NCBI GenBank assembly: GCA_964354125.1 | Contig: CAYGXW010000002.1 | Span: forward strand, 2,690-66,689 | From: an uncultured Dehalococcoidales bacterium | Lineage (GTDB): Bacteria; Chloroflexota; Dehalococcoidia; Dehalococcoidales; G020351185 | Length of the DNA: 64,000 nt | Direction of reading: 5' to 3' | Part shown: in pieces, positions 25,851 to 37,051 of the stretch | Position numbering within the stretch: position 1 is the stretch's first letter | Layout of the letters: the number at the start of each line of letters is the position of its first letter | Notes under the pieces: generated by a model | Told to the model about the DNA's origin: nothing | The model's input: only the letters and a program-made list of their open reading frames with translations | Databases searched by the model: none | Program-made: the position numbers and the translations under genes

Positions 25851-26486
25851 CTTCTTTTTGCCCTTTTTGCCCTTTTTAACTTCTTCCTCTAGCGGTTTAC
25901 CCAGGATTTCATCCACAATGCCATATTCTACTGCCTGCTGTGGATTGAGGAAGAAGTCACGGTCGGTATCATGAATGACCTTGTCTAGGGGCTGGCCGGT
26001 ATGCCTGGCGATTATGTTTTGAAGTATCTCCTGTTCCCGCAAAATCTCTCGGGCAGCAATCGCTATATCAGCCGCTTGCCCCTGAACACCACCATGTGCC
26101 TGGTGCATGTGGATGGTGGCATTAGGTAAGGCATAGCGCTTGCCCTTGGCGCCGGCGCAGAGCAGCACCGTTGCCATGCTGGCTGCCATACCGACGCAGA
26201 TAGTGGACACATCCGGGCGTATTAACTGCATCGTGTCATAGATGGCAAGACCAGCAGCAATGACGCCGCCGGGACAGTTAATATAAAGCTGGATATCCTT
26301 ATCCGGGTCCTCTCGTTCCAGGAAGAGGAGCTGGGCAATAATGATGTTAGCCACCTGGTCATTGATGGGCATACCCAACATTACAATCCGTTCTTTAAGA
26401 AGCAGTGAATATATATCGTAAGCCCTCTCCCCCCTGGCTCCACTCTCAATCACCATAGGAATTACACTAACCGTTTTAATGTTCAT
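25845..26486 (-). CDS. clpP: ATP-dependent Clp protease proteolytic subunit
   Basis: 213 aa with the Ser-His-Asp context (GMAASMA, HQAHGG, DTDRD). Has an unusual Lys-rich C-terminal tail. Confidence 0.93.
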   Translation of the reverse strand: MNIKTVSVIPMVIESGARGERAYDIYSLLLKERIVMLGMPINDQVANIIIAQLLFLEREDPDKDIQLYINCPGGVIAAGLAIYDTMQLIRPDVSTICVGMAASMATVLLCAGAKGKRYALPNATIHMHQAHGGVQGQAADIAIAAREILREQEILQNIIARHTGQPLDKVIHDTDRDFFLNPQQAVEYGIVDEILGKPLEEEVKKGKKGKKKL

Positions 26487-27805
26487 TTCGCCTCCTTTTT
26501 CGTCTTATTTTTCTTAACGGAACCCTCAGCTATTTCCGCCAGTCGCTGGATAGTTTTTCGCGTAATTAGCATTTGCCCGATAGACTCTCTATTTTGGGGA
26601 TTATTTAAAAGCTTTTGTTGTTCTTCCTTTCTTCCGCCCTCGTTTTGTGTTATTAATTCAATCTCGGCATCAATTTCAGCATCGCTGACCTTAATTTTTT
26701 CCTCCTCGGCAACTTTACCCAAGACCAGAGAACCAGTAACTCTTTCAATAGCCAAAGGCTGGCACTTGCTTCGCAACTCTTCTTCTGGTGTACCTTCAAG
26801 CTTCTTAAGATATTCATCCCGGCTTCTGGAAGTCATTGCCAAGCGCTCCAGCTGCTGGTTTATCATACGGTCAACTTCCATACCAGTTAATATCGGGGGA
26901 AATTCCACCTCACTCTGCTTTATAACAGCGTTACAAACCTGCTCCTCAAAATCCATCCTTGCCTTATCCTCAACACTCTTCTTCAAGTTTTTAGAAATCT
27001 GCTCCTTAAGAGATTTCAGGTTCTCAATATTTGGATCAACACTTTTTGCGAAATCATCGTTTATCTCTGGTAATCTCTCCTCCTTTATTTCAATAACCCT
27101 TACCTTAAAAAACGCCTCTTTTTCAGCCTGCTCCCTTTCAGGATAATTCTTTGACAGTTTCAGTTTGAACTCTTTTTCTTTACCAATTGTCATCCCCAGC
27201 AACTGTTCCGGGAATCCTGGTGCCGGCGAGGTTAAACTGCTCATGATTTGATAGTTTGCCCCCTTCTCGTTTATAAGGCTCTTGTCTCCAATACTACATT
27301 CAACGTCAATGACAACAAGGTCGTTAACTTTTATCGGACGCTCTACCGATTCCCAAGTAGCAAACCTGTGGCGTAGCTGTCCCAGTGCATCATTAACGTC
27401 ATCTTTTTTTACTTTCACCGGTCCCGGTTTCATTTTAATTTTATAATAGTCAGCCAGCTTTACGGTCGGCGTCAACGGCACTGTCGCCTCAAATACGACC
27501 GGGTCTTTTTGAGTTACTTTAATAACCGGCCGGGCTATGAAATCAATCTTCTGCTCCTTGATGGCATCGTTACAGACCTTGGGTAACAAGCTATTCAGTG
27601 CATTATCAAGAAGGGCTCCTTTACCGATATGCTGTTCCAGTACTGTCCTTGGTGCTTTCCCCTTACGAAAGCCTGGTATATCTGCCTCCTTAACCAGCCG
27701 GTTGTAAGCTTTATCTAGTGATTCCTCTACTTCAGCAGGCTCAAGCTCAATGGTAAGGAGTGCCTGTCTATTTTCTATTTTTTGACCTAGTATTTTCATT
27801 GTCAC
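26483..27805 (-). CDS. tig: trigger factor
   Basis: 440 aa with the ribosome-binding motif GFRKGKAPR, a central PPIase-like domain, and the canonical tig-clpP arrangement. Confidence 0.92.
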   Translation of the reverse strand: MTMKILGQKIENRQALLTIELEPAEVEESLDKAYNRLVKEADIPGFRKGKAPRTVLEQHIGKGALLDNALNSLLPKVCNDAIKEQKIDFIARPVIKVTQKDPVVFEATVPLTPTVKLADYYKIKMKPGPVKVKKDDVNDALGQLRHRFATWESVERPIKVNDLVVIDVECSIGDKSLINEKGANYQIMSSLTSPAPGFPEQLLGMTIGKEKEFKLKLSKNYPEREQAEKEAFFKVRVIEIKEERLPEINDDFAKSVDPNIENLKSLKEQISKNLKKSVEDKARMDFEEQVCNAVIKQSEVEFPPILTGMEVDRMINQQLERLAMTSRSRDEYLKKLEGTPEEELRSKCQPLAIERVTGSLVLGKVAEEEKIKVSDAEIDAEIELITQNEGGRKEEQQKLLNNPQNRESIGQMLITRKTIQRLAEIAEGSVKKNKTKKEAK

Positions 27806-27820
27806 CTCTAAAATTATAAT

Positions 27821-29614
27821 TCATTCTTCCCGCAGATACAGATGTAATTCAGCAAGTTGTTCATCAGAAACCGGCGATGGCGCGTCAAATAACAAATCAA
27901 CAGCATTCTGGTTCTTGGGGAATGGAATTACCTCCCTTATGGTTTCCTCCCCCGCCATTATCATTAAAATACGGTCAATACCAGCGGCAACGCCACCATG
28001 GGGTGGGGCGCCATAATCAAAGGCTTCCAGTAGATGCCCGAAACGCTGTTTAACCTCATGGTCACTATAACCCATTAACCGGAAAACCTTCCTCTGTAGC
28101 TTACTTTTATGGATTCTGATGCTGCCACCGGCTATTTCATAGCCGTTAAGTACCAGGTCATAGTGTCTGCCATAAGCCTTCGCTGGTACGGTATCCAGCA
28201 GGGGTATATCTTCATCTCTGGGTGCAGTAAACGGGTGATGCATCGGCTGCCAGTGTCCCTCCTCTTTATTCCACTCAAGTAGTGGGAAATTCTCAATAAA
28301 AGTAAAGGCAAATAAATCAGAAGCCGCCAGCTTGAGCCGATACCCCATCTCAAGACGCAGTTTCCCCAGTACTGAGTTAACCAGGTTATTTTCGCTGGCA
28401 ATGATAAGCAGAAGGTCGCCAGTATTGGCACCCATTCGCATAGCCATTTCTTTAATCTGGTTTAAGGTAAGGTGTTTAGCGGCTACCGACCTTACCATTT
28501 CAATAGTTAAATCATCCAGGTTACCAGACGAAGTGCCCAGTGATATAGTTATCAATCCTTGGGCGCCAAAGCTCCTTGTTATTTCATTTAGTTCATCAAG
28601 CTGATGGTGCGTATAGCTGGCACAGCCAGGTGCACATATGCCCTTCACCCTACCACCTTGGGCAATGGTAGAGTTGAATATTTCAAAACAGCATTTTTGG
28701 GCTATATCAGAGATATCCCTTATCTCCATACCGAAGCGTAAATCGGGCTTATCAGTACCATAAAGCTCCATCGCCTCGGCATAGGTCAAATGTGAGAAGG
28801 GTTTTATGAGACGCATTCCGGGCTTAACGGTCTCTATAAGGCTGGTGAAGAGTTCCTCAATCAATTTTATAATGTCATTCTCATCAATAAAACTCATTTC
28901 AATGTCAAGCTGGGTAAACTCGGGTTGGCGGTCGGCACGGGTGTCCTCGTCACGAAAGCACTTGGCTATCTGGTAGTACTTCTCCACGCCGGCTACCATA
29001 AGCAGCTGTTTTAATTGTTGTGGGGACTGGGGCAGAGCATAGAATTTACCGGGATAGATTCGGCTGGGTACCAGATAATCACGGGCACCCTCTGGTGTGC
29101 TCTTTATCAAGATTGGCGTTTCTATTTCAATAAACCCCCTGTCATCAAGGAAATGGCGCATAAATTTCACCACCCGATGTCTTAGAACCAGATTTTCTTT
29201 CATATGAGAGCGCCTGAGGTCCAGATAGCGATATTTAAGGCGGAGGTTTTCCTCAACCTCTATATCCTCATTTATATAAAAGGGTGGTGTCTTTGATGTA
29301 TTTAATATATCAATGCTATCGGCAAGAACCTCAACATCACCGGTAGCCAGTTTTGGGTTCTCAGTCCCCGGGGGGCGCGGGGCTACCTTACCGCTGGTAC
29401 AAACAACATATTCATTTCGCAACTGGCTAGCTATCTCGTGACATGACCTTGATTTCTCTGGATTAAAGACTACCTGCACTATACCTTCCCTGTCTCGCAG
29501 GTCAATGAATATAAGACCACCATGGTCACGGCGTCGGTCAACCCAGCCAGCCAAGGTTACCTTTTCGCCATTGTTTTTCTTATTCAATTGACCACAGCTA
29601 TGGCTTCTGAGCAA
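27821..29614 (-). CDS. aspS: aspartate--tRNA ligase
   Basis: 597 aa with N-terminal OB fold (GWVDRRRDHGGLIFIDLRD) and class II motifs (FRDEDTRADRQPEFTQLD, GGSIRIH, GGVAAGIDR). Confidence 0.95.
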   Translation of the reverse strand: MLRSHSCGQLNKKNNGEKVTLAGWVDRRRDHGGLIFIDLRDREGIVQVVFNPEKSRSCHEIASQLRNEYVVCTSGKVAPRPPGTENPKLATGDVEVLADSIDILNTSKTPPFYINEDIEVEENLRLKYRYLDLRRSHMKENLVLRHRVVKFMRHFLDDRGFIEIETPILIKSTPEGARDYLVPSRIYPGKFYALPQSPQQLKQLLMVAGVEKYYQIAKCFRDEDTRADRQPEFTQLDIEMSFIDENDIIKLIEELFTSLIETVKPGMRLIKPFSHLTYAEAMELYGTDKPDLRFGMEIRDISDIAQKCCFEIFNSTIAQGGRVKGICAPGCASYTHHQLDELNEITRSFGAQGLITISLGTSSGNLDDLTIEMVRSVAAKHLTLNQIKEMAMRMGANTGDLLLIIASENNLVNSVLGKLRLEMGYRLKLAASDLFAFTFIENFPLLEWNKEEGHWQPMHHPFTAPRDEDIPLLDTVPAKAYGRHYDLVLNGYEIAGGSIRIHKSKLQRKVFRLMGYSDHEVKQRFGHLLEAFDYGAPPHGGVAAGIDRILMIMAGEETIREVIPFPKNQNAVDLLFDAPSPVSDEQLAELHLYLREE

Positions 29615-29700
29615 AATTATCTCCTTGGGGATTACTGGGCACTAGGTTTGATTATAGCCTACAGCACTATTTTCTTCAAATGAACCTAAGCGTTATATAC

Positions 29701-30051
29701 CTAGCTTGGTTTTATCTCATAAGAACCAAGTATAAATTCAAGGTCATTCTGAAGGGAAGAAACCTTGTCCTGAGAAAAGAGGCTATCATCAATATCAAGC
29801 ATTAACTTGGTTTCACCCGTGGCTGAGCCAACAATATGGCTGATAATACACTCCTTGGCTGGTTTATCAGGCTCAGGCTGTATTTTGAAAGTCAGTATGC
29901 CCCGGGAAATAAACGATGATGAATCACTGGGCAGGGAATAGGTTTCCATCTTGGACTCACCTACAGTGGCTCTCTGTTTTACAATAAGGTCTTTGAGTTC
30001 ATCAAAGAGTAGTTCCGGTTTAATATTTTGGTATTTCTTTCTAATCTGCAT
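29701..30051 (-). CDS. hypothetical protein
   Basis: 116-aa ORF. Its ATG directly follows the stop of the upstream Cys-rich gene, so the two are probably co-translated. No family recognised. Confidence 0.5.
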   Translation of the reverse strand: MQIRKKYQNIKPELLFDELKDLIVKQRATVGESKMETYSLPSDSSSFISRGILTFKIQPEPDKPAKECIISHIVGSATGETKLMLDIDDSLFSQDKVSSLQNDLEFILGSYEIKPS

Positions 30052-30600
30052 TCAAACCTCCATTTCTGTGAGTTGTTTTATATAATCGGCTACAATATTC
30101 TTGCTTCTTACTAAAGCGTACTCTATGCCATAGTCTCGCTTCAGGCGGGAGGGCACACAGCAGCAGGGACAGCAAGTGCAGATAGCATAGAACAAACCCT
30201 GGCAATGCATAATGGTGTGAATTACATCACCTCGGTGGTGCTGACGTAAAACTTCTTTTGCTTTCTCCTTTGAAATCTGATGAAACCCTTGGCTATTTAT
30301 CTTAGAATATACCTTTCTTCCGGCACCGATAACTATTTCAGTCATTACCGGCAGCTGGCAATTGTGAAAAGCCTTGCGGCAGCTACATGGACCCAGAGCT
30401 ACCGTATTAGAGGCATCTATCATCTGCTCTGCTTCCTCCAGTGTAATAAGATAGCCACTATGTCTGGTTCTGGCGTAGCTATTAGCTAACCAGCGTCCCA
30501 ACCTGCCCACCAGCGGAATGCGAGTCAGTTTAATCAGCAACATATAAAGCCTTAGAAACTTATGCTGGTGCCATCCGTAGAAGGGCAGTGTATGATGCAT
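30052..30600 (-). CDS. cysteine-rich hypothetical protein (putative Fe-S/metal-binding)
   Basis: 182 aa with CSCRKAFHNC and a CTCCPCCCVP cluster. Divergent from the WL cluster promoter region. Confidence 0.55.
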   Translation of the reverse strand: MHHTLPFYGWHQHKFLRLYMLLIKLTRIPLVGRLGRWLANSYARTRHSGYLITLEEAEQMIDASNTVALGPCSCRKAFHNCQLPVMTEIVIGAGRKVYSKINSQGFHQISKEKAKEVLRQHHRGDVIHTIMHCQGLFYAICTCCPCCCVPSRLKRDYGIEYALVRSKNIVADYIKQLTEMEV

Positions 30601-30655
30601 GGTTAATTCTATAACTCCATCTTGCTGAAAAGCTTAAATTAAGCAAGAATTTAAC

Positions 30656-30685
30656 TTGACGGCCTAATCAGCTTTACCTTATACT
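30656..30685 (+). promoter_or_regulatory. sigma70-like promoter upstream of cooC/fhs
   Basis: TTGACG-N18-TATACT, about 50 nt upstream of the cooC ATG and directly abutting the shared 18-mer. Confidence 0.35.
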
Positions 30686-30735
30686 AGCTATCTATACTAA
30701 TACCATTCTAGATTATATCAAAAACTAAGGCTTAT

Positions 30736-31509
30736 ATGAAGATTGCTATTAGTGGTAAAGGTGGCGTAGGCAAGACACTATTAGCATCGCTCCTGGCTAA
30801 AGAATTCGCCGTGTCTGGTTACTCTGTCATAGCTATAGACGCTGACCCTGATGCCAATCTGGCGGCTACGCTTGGTTTCCCTGATGCAGACAAGGCAATC
30901 CCTATATCCGAGATGAAGGAACTCATAGAGGAGAGGACAGAAACCAAGCCTGGTAAGGCTGGCCTATACTTTAAGCTCAATCCCAAAGTTGATGATATAC
31001 CAGATAAGTATTCTATAAAGCATGATGGTATCAGTCTTCTGGTTATGGGCTCGGTTAAAAAGGGTGGCACCGGCTGTTACTGCCCCGAAAACGCCATGCT
31101 AGCTGCCCTTCTCTCCCACCTACTTATAACAAGAGATGAAGTAGTTATCCTGGATATGGCAGCCGGTATAGAACACCTGGGGCGTGGGACGGCAAAAGCA
31201 GTGGATAAATTGATTGTTGTTGTAGAACCCAGTAGAGGTAGCATTGAAACAGCCCATAAAATAAAAAAACTGGCAAATGACATCGGGCTAAAAAATATTA
31301 CCCTAGTGGGCAATAAAATCCATAGCCCATCAGACAGAGAATTTATAACTACCAGACTTAGGGATTTTGATTTCCTCGGTTTCATTCCCTATGACCAGGC
31401 TATGGTGCAGGCTGAAATTAACAACCTGCCCCTCATTAATGCCAGCCAGAATATAACTTCTGCGGTTAAAGATATCTATTCTAAACTTGTCTCTCAGGCA
31501 AAGGCATAG
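30736..31509 (+). CDS. cooC: CooC/AcsF-type Ni-insertion ATPase (CODH/ACS maturation)
   Basis: 257 aa with deviant Walker A GKGGVGKT and the CxC metal motif GTGCYCPEN. Confidence 0.85.
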   Translation: MKIAISGKGGVGKTLLASLLAKEFAVSGYSVIAIDADPDANLAATLGFPDADKAIPISEMKELIEERTETKPGKAGLYFKLNPKVDDIPDKYSIKHDGISLLVMGSVKKGGTGCYCPENAMLAALLSHLLITRDEVVILDMAAGIEHLGRGTAKAVDKLIVVVEPSRGSIETAHKIKKLANDIGLKNITLVGNKIHSPSDREFITTRLRDFDFLGFIPYDQAMVQAEINNLPLINASQNITSAVKDIYSKLVSQAKA

Positions 31510-31606
31510 ATTTATTAAGCGGGCTGGCAATTATAATAATGAAAATATTAGCTATATAACTGCCAATGGCAATATAAAACATAGTAGAAAAAGGAGATAA
31601 ATCAGG

Positions 31607-33388
31607 ATGAAAAAATTCGTCATCACATCGCTGGACCCAACCAAACTAAAAGACTGGCAGATTGCTGAAGAAGCCGAAAAGCACATGAAGCCCGTTCACC
31701 AGTTAGCTGAAGAATGGGGCATAAAAAATGAAGAGCTTCTGCCCTATGGTCACTTTCTGGGGAAGGTTGACTTCACTTCTGTTCTCGGGCGGCTTAAGGG
31801 CAGGCATAACGCCAAGTATATTGATGTTACCGCCATCACCCCCACCCCGCTGGGCGAAGGCAAGAGCACCACTACTATGGGTTTGGTCCCCGGTCTGGCA
31901 AAGAGGGGTAAAAACGTATCCGGCGCCATACGGCAGCCCTCGGGTGGACCCACCTTCAACATAAAAGGCAGCGCCGCTGGCGGTGGGCTTTCTCAATGCA
32001 TCCCGCTTACCCCATTTTCACTAGGACTTACCGGTGACATAGACAATGTCACCAATGCCCATAATCTGGCTATGGTAGCACTAACTTCCCGCCTGCAACA
32101 CGAGTTCAATAACAGCGATGAGTTTCTAGCCCAGAAAAATCTAAAGCGGCTTAATATTGACCCCAGAAATGTTGAGATGAAGTGGATTATGGATTTCTGT
32201 GCTCAGGCTCTTCGGGACATCGTCATCGGCATCGGTGATAAGATGGATGGCTTTATGATGCGCTCTGGATTTGCCATATCGGTAAGCTCAGAGGTTATGG
32301 CTATCCTCGCCGTATTTACCAGCCTGAAGGACCTGCGTGAGCGGATGTCCAGGATAGTGGTTGCCTACGATAAGCAGGGAAATCCAATCACTACCAAAGA
32401 CCTGGAGGTGGATGGCGCTATGACCGCCTGGATGTTTAAGGCGGCTAACCCCAATCTACTCCAGACCCTTGAGGGTCAGCCGGTGCTGGTTCACGCCGGT
32501 CCATTTGCCAATATTGCCGTCGGCCAGTCATCCATCGTCGCCGACCAGATGGCGTTAAAGCTATCTGACTATCATGTCACCGAAAGCGGCTTCGGTGCTG
32601 ATATTGGCTTTGAAAAATTCTGGAACATAAAGTGCCGATTAAGTGGCTTAATCCCTAATTGTGCTGTTATTGTAGCTACTGTCCGGGCGCTCAAGATGCA
32701 TGGCGGGGGACCAAAAGTAGTCCCTGGAAAACCACTTGATGATGCCTATACTGTTGAGAGTGCCAAACTGGTGGAAAAGGGCTGTGCCAATCTTGTTGCC
32801 CACATAGAGACGGTGAAAAAGTCCGGTATAAATCCGGTGGTCTGTATCAACAGCTTCCACACAGATACCAAAGACGAGATTGCTGTAGTGAAGAGGGCGG
32901 CTGAAGAAGCCGGCGCCAGAGCGGCTGTATCCGAGCACTGGCTCAAGGGTGGCGACGGTGCCCTTGAGCTGGCTGATGCCGTTATCGACGCCTGTGAAGA
33001 TAGTGTTGACTTCAAGCTCCTTTATAATGATAAAGTTCCCCTGCGTAAAAGAATTGAGACTGTCGCCAGGGAAGTTTATGGGGCTGATGGTGTCAGCTAT
33101 TCACCCGAAGCTCAGGCAAAAGCCGAGCGTATGGAGAAAGAGCCCGATATGCAGAATATGGCTACCTGTATGGTAAAGACTCACCTGAGTCTGACCCACG
33201 ACCCAAATGTAAAGGGAAGACCTAAAGGCTGGATACTGCCCATCAGGGATATCCTGACCTATGGCGGTGCTGGCTTCACCGTGCCGGTGGCTGGAGACAT
33301 CAAGCTGATGCCAGGAACATCATCCGACCCGGCTTTCAGAAGAATAGATGTAGATGTAGAGACTGGCAAGGTCAAGGGCTTGTTCTAA
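31607..33388 (+). CDS. fhs: formate--tetrahydrofolate ligase
   Basis: 593 aa with [12 protein letters not shown] (P-loop) and end-to-end FTHFS colinearity. Confidence 0.95.
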   Translation: MKKFVITSLDPTKLKDWQIAEEAEKHMKPVHQLAEEWGIKNEELLPYGHFLGKVDFTSVLGRLKGRHNAKYIDVTAITPTPLGEGKSTTTMGLVPGLAKRGKNVSGAIRQPSGGPTFNIKGSAAGGGLSQCIPLTPFSLGLTGDIDNVTNAHNLAMVALTSRLQHEFNNSDEFLAQKNLKRLNIDPRNVEMKWIMDFCAQALRDIVIGIGDKMDGFMMRSGFAISVSSEVMAILAVFTSLKDLRERMSRIVVAYDKQGNPITTKDLEVDGAMTAWMFKAANPNLLQTLEGQPVLVHAGPFANIAVGQSSIVADQMALKLSDYHVTESGFGADIGFEKFWNIKCRLSGLIPNCAVIVATVRALKMHGGGPKVVPGKPLDDAYTVESAKLVEKGCANLVAHIETVKKSGINPVVCINSFHTDTKDEIAVVKRAAEEAGARAAVSEHWLKGGDGALELADAVIDACEDSVDFKLLYNDKVPLRKRIETVAREVYGADGVSYSPEAQAKAERMEKEPDMQNMATCMVKTHLSLTHDPNVKGRPKGWILPIRDILTYGGAGFTVPVAGDIKLMPGTSSDPAFRRIDVDVETGKVKGLF

Positions 33389-33410
33389 CCAATGTAGGAG
33401 TAAAACTATA

Positions 33411-35324
33411 GTGGTGGTTTCGCCAGAGAAAAGGTACAATGTCCACTTTGAGCCGGACAATGTCGATATTACCATTGAGCCGGGGGCAAATCTGATGGAA
33501 ACAGCCATTGCCGCCGGGGTGCACATTAACGCTTCCTGCGGTGGTGCCGGCGTCTGCGGCACCTGCAATGTGCTAGTTAAAAAGGGTAAAGTGGAAAGCA
33601 CCAGGATGGTCAAGGTCTCGGAAAGAGAATATGCTCGGGGCGTCAGGCAATCATGTCAGAGCCGAATAATGTCCGATTTAGTTGTTGAGATTCCGGTAGA
33701 ATCAAGGCTGGAGAAGGCAATTTTTGCCCGGGAAGAACTGGAGATGATGGCTAAGATGCCAGTGCCATTAGCTACCAGATGGCAGTTCAAGCCTCCGGTT
33801 AGCAAACACTATCTTGTTTCGCCACCACCAACACTAAAAGATAACACTTCTGACCTGTCACGCTTACTTAGATGCCTAAAACAGCAGTGTAAACTTGATA
33901 AAATCTCTGTGGACTTTGGGGTGGTAAGGAAGCTGACTCAGGTATTACGGGACGGTAATTGGAAAACTACTGTTACCATATTGCTGGATGAGCCTGCCCT
34001 AAGGCTCATCAACATTGAACTTGGTGATACCAGAGCCAGCAACTACTCACTGGCTTTTGATATTGGCACTACTTCTATCCGTGGTCAGTTGTTGGACCTG
34101 AACCGGGGCAGGGTTATGGCTCAGAGTACAGATTACAACCGACAGGTAAGTTATGGTGAGGATGTCATCAGTCGCATAACCTGGGCTCAAAAAACGGGCG
34201 GTCTTAAGAAGCTACAGCGGGCGGCTGTAGCCACCATTAACAGCCTCATTACAGAGATAATCAACAAGTCAGGGGTTGAAATCAAGGATATTAACCACAT
34301 TGTTGTTGCCGCCAATACAGTAATGGTCCAGCTCCTGCTCGGTCTTGACCCCAAATACCTCAGGCTATCTCCCTATGTACCGACAGCCAACACTATACCG
34401 CTGGTCAAGGCAAGCTCCCTTGGCATTGGGGTAGAAGAGCATGTTCACCTTTACACCATTCCTTCGGTAGCCAGCTATGTTGGCGGTGATATAGTGGCTG
34501 GTGTTCTTGGTACCGGATTATACCAGAGAAAAAAGTTAACGCTGTATATAGATATCGGCACCAATGGCGAAATAGTAATTGGTAATTCAGACTGGATGGT
34601 GACCGCCTCCTGTTCTGCCGGGCCCACCTTTGAAGGTGGTGGTATAAAACATGGTATGATAGCCACCTCCGGGGCTATTGAGGGTTTTGACATCAGTCCA
34701 TCAACCTACGAGCCTGTTATTTATACCATCGGTAATGACAAAGCTAAGGGAATCTGCGGCTCAGGTTTGATAAATATCGCCGCAGCAATGCTTAAGACTG
34801 GAGTTATCGACCAGAAAGGCAAGTTTAATTCAGGGCTAAAAACTAAAAGTCTCAGGCAGGGTGATGATGGCTATGAGTATGTCCTTGTCTGGGCTCCAGA
34901 GAGCCAAATTGGCAAGGATATTGTTATCTCTGAGATTGATATTGAAAACCTCATCCGCTCAAAGGCGGCTATGTATGCCGGCTGTCAGACATTGATTAAA
35001 AGCTTGGGTGCTAAGTGTCCTAAAATAGAGCAGGTGATTATAGCCGGTACTTTTGGCAGTAACATAAATATTGAAAATGCTATTACCATCGGACTTTTAC
35101 CCGACCTGCCCCGCGACAGATTTATATTCATAGGCAATGGTTCCCTGCTGGGAGCCAGATTAACATCCTTCTCTACCGACCTTCTTAATGATGGTCAGAT
35201 GATTGCTGGTATGATGACCAATCTTGAGCTCTCTGAGAATGCTGATTTTATGGGAAATTATATGGCGGCTCTATTTCTACCACATACTAATGCTGACGAA
35301 TTTCCTTCAGTGAAGGCAGGGTGA
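33411..35324 (+). CDS. acsV: corrinoid activation/regeneration protein (RACo/AcsV-type: 2Fe-2S ferredoxin plus ASKHA ATPase)
   Basis: 637 aa. N-terminal plant-type 2Fe-2S domain (CGGAGVCGTCNV...C) and a C-terminal ASKHA/DUF4445-like domain (DIGTTS, DIGTNGE). Confidence 0.85.
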   Translation: MVVSPEKRYNVHFEPDNVDITIEPGANLMETAIAAGVHINASCGGAGVCGTCNVLVKKGKVESTRMVKVSEREYARGVRQSCQSRIMSDLVVEIPVESRLEKAIFAREELEMMAKMPVPLATRWQFKPPVSKHYLVSPPPTLKDNTSDLSRLLRCLKQQCKLDKISVDFGVVRKLTQVLRDGNWKTTVTILLDEPALRLINIELGDTRASNYSLAFDIGTTSIRGQLLDLNRGRVMAQSTDYNRQVSYGEDVISRITWAQKTGGLKKLQRAAVATINSLITEIINKSGVEIKDINHIVVAANTVMVQLLLGLDPKYLRLSPYVPTANTIPLVKASSLGIGVEEHVHLYTIPSVASYVGGDIVAGVLGTGLYQRKKLTLYIDIGTNGEIVIGNSDWMVTASCSAGPTFEGGGIKHGMIATSGAIEGFDISPSTYEPVIYTIGNDKAKGICGSGLINIAAAMLKTGVIDQKGKFNSGLKTKSLRQGDDGYEYVLVWAPESQIGKDIVISEIDIENLIRSKAAMYAGCQTLIKSLGAKCPKIEQVIIAGTFGSNINIENAITIGLLPDLPRDRFIFIGNGSLLGARLTSFSTDLLNDGQMIAGMMTNLELSENADFMGNYMAALFLPHTNADEFPSVKAG

Positions 35325-36091
35325 ATATTATGGGTTTCTCTGTTGCTGTAGCCGGTAAGGGTGGTAGCGGTAAGACTTCAATAGCCAGCTTAATTATCCG
35401 CTACCTGAAGAGGGATGGATTGGTGCCCATTCTGGCAGTCGATGCCGATGGCAATGCTAACCTGGCAGAAAGCCTGGGTCTAAAGGTAGAGAAGACCATT
35501 GGTTCAATACTGGCTGCCTTTAATGAGGACAAGATAAGCATACCCAGCGGTCTTACCAAAGGGGCTTATTTGGAATTCAAGTTAAATGAAACCATCGTTG
35601 AAAGTGAAAATTTAGACCTGATAACAATGGGCAGGGGGGAAGGAACGGGGTGTTATTGCTACCCAAATACGGTTCTTAAGGGCTTTATTGATAAACTAAG
35701 GCCAAATTATGCCTGTATGGTTATGGATAACGAGGCTGGTATGGAACACCTGAGCCGCCGAACTACCGAGAATATTGATCAGCTATTTATAATCTCTGAC
35801 CATTCAGTAAAGGGTATACGGACGGCGTCTCGTATAATAGAGCTAATCGCAGAACTAAAGCTTGATGTCAAAAGGCAGTCGGTAATAATTAATTTCGTCC
35901 CGAATAAACTGGATACTCATATTGCTAAAGAAATGGAGCATTTGGGTATTAAGCCGATAGCTATCATACCTTTAGACGAGGAAATCTATAAATATGACCT
36001 GGAACAGAGGCCGCTCCTGGAACTGCCTGATAGCTCAAAGGCGGTGAAGGCGGTTGGTGAGCTGATGGGCACTATTCTGGGCCAAGACTGA
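35321..36091 (+). CDS. second CooC/AcsF-type Ni-insertion ATPase
   Basis: 256 aa (GTG at 35321, or ATG at 35330) with GKGGSGKT and GTGCYCYPN. Confidence 0.85.
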   Translation: MNIMGFSVAVAGKGGSGKTSIASLIIRYLKRDGLVPILAVDADGNANLAESLGLKVEKTIGSILAAFNEDKISIPSGLTKGAYLEFKLNETIVESENLDLITMGRGEGTGCYCYPNTVLKGFIDKLRPNYACMVMDNEAGMEHLSRRTTENIDQLFIISDHSVKGIRTASRIIELIAELKLDVKRQSVIINFVPNKLDTHIAKEMEHLGIKPIAIIPLDEEIYKYDLEQRPLLELPDSSKAVKAVGELMGTILGQD

Positions 36092-36121
36092 TGCCCCGAT
36101 AAGAACCTACAAGGAGGGATA

Positions 36122-37012
36122 ATGACGGCAGAGATTATTAATGGTACTGAAATTGCCAAACAGATTCGCGAGGAGCTAAAGCAGGAAATCTGTCAGCTTA
36201 AAGAAGAGTGCAACATTGTGCCCGGTCTGGTTACCATTCTCGTTGGTGATGACCCGGCATCACAGTCATATGTTGGCTCCAAAGTAAAAACATGCCAGGA
36301 ATTGGGCATCTATTCTGAGAGATATGACCTGCCCACTGAAACCAGCGAGCAGGAACTACTGGCTCTCATTAACCGGTTGAATAAAGAGCCCAAGATTCAC
36401 GGTATCCTGGTGCAGCTACCTTTACCCAAGCATATTAATGAGAACAATGTTCTTATGGCTATTAACCCGAATAAAGATGTTGACTGCTTCCATCCAGTGA
36501 ATGTTGGTAAACTAATGATTGGGGAACCGGATTATCTACCCTGTACGCCACACGGTATCCAGGAGCTTTTAATGCGTTCAGGAGTGGAGACTGAAGGTGC
36601 CGAGGTGGTTGTTGTCGGCAGAAGCAACATTGTGGGCAAACCCATAGCCAATATGCTCTTGCAAAAGAAGGTTGGTGCCAATGCCACTGTCACCATATGC
36701 CACACACGAACCCAAGACCTTGCCGCCCACACCAGACGGGCTGATATACTTATTGTCGCCGCCGGAGGGAAACCAAGGGCCATTACTGCGGATATGGTTA
36801 AAGAAGGTGTAGTGGTAATAGATGTTGGCACTCATCGTATAGGCAAAACTGCTCAGGGTAAGTCTATCCTTTGCGGCGATGTTGACTTTGATTCGGTGAA
36901 GGAGAAGGCTAAGGCCATTACCCCAGTGCCCGGTGGCGTAGGTCCCATGACCATAGTTATGCTTATGTCCAATACGGTAAAGGCGGCCAAACTGGCTGCC
37001 GGGCTGATTTAG
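36122..37012 (+). CDS. folD: bifunctional methylene-THF dehydrogenase / methenyl-THF cyclohydrolase
   Basis: 296 aa with VGDDPASQSYV, ILVQLPLP, GRSNIVGKP and PVPGGVGPMT. Confidence 0.93.
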   Translation: MTAEIINGTEIAKQIREELKQEICQLKEECNIVPGLVTILVGDDPASQSYVGSKVKTCQELGIYSERYDLPTETSEQELLALINRLNKEPKIHGILVQLPLPKHINENNVLMAINPNKDVDCFHPVNVGKLMIGEPDYLPCTPHGIQELLMRSGVETEGAEVVVVGRSNIVGKPIANMLLQKKVGANATVTICHTRTQDLAAHTRRADILIVAAGGKPRAITADMVKEGVVVIDVGTHRIGKTAQGKSILCGDVDFDSVKEKAKAITPVPGGVGPMTIVMLMSNTVKAAKLAAGLI

Positions 37013-37051
37013 GAGCTATAACCAAACCTAATCTACGGATGGAGGGGACTA

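Noticed and set aside
30598-30646. A minus-strand promoter for the Cys-rich gene using the TTGCTT inside the second copy of the 18-mer.
   Set aside because: With 17-nt spacing the -10 position reads AAGATG, and the alternative TATAGA box has no matching -35. The promoter assignment is unsupported, so the 18-mer is reported only as a shared motif.
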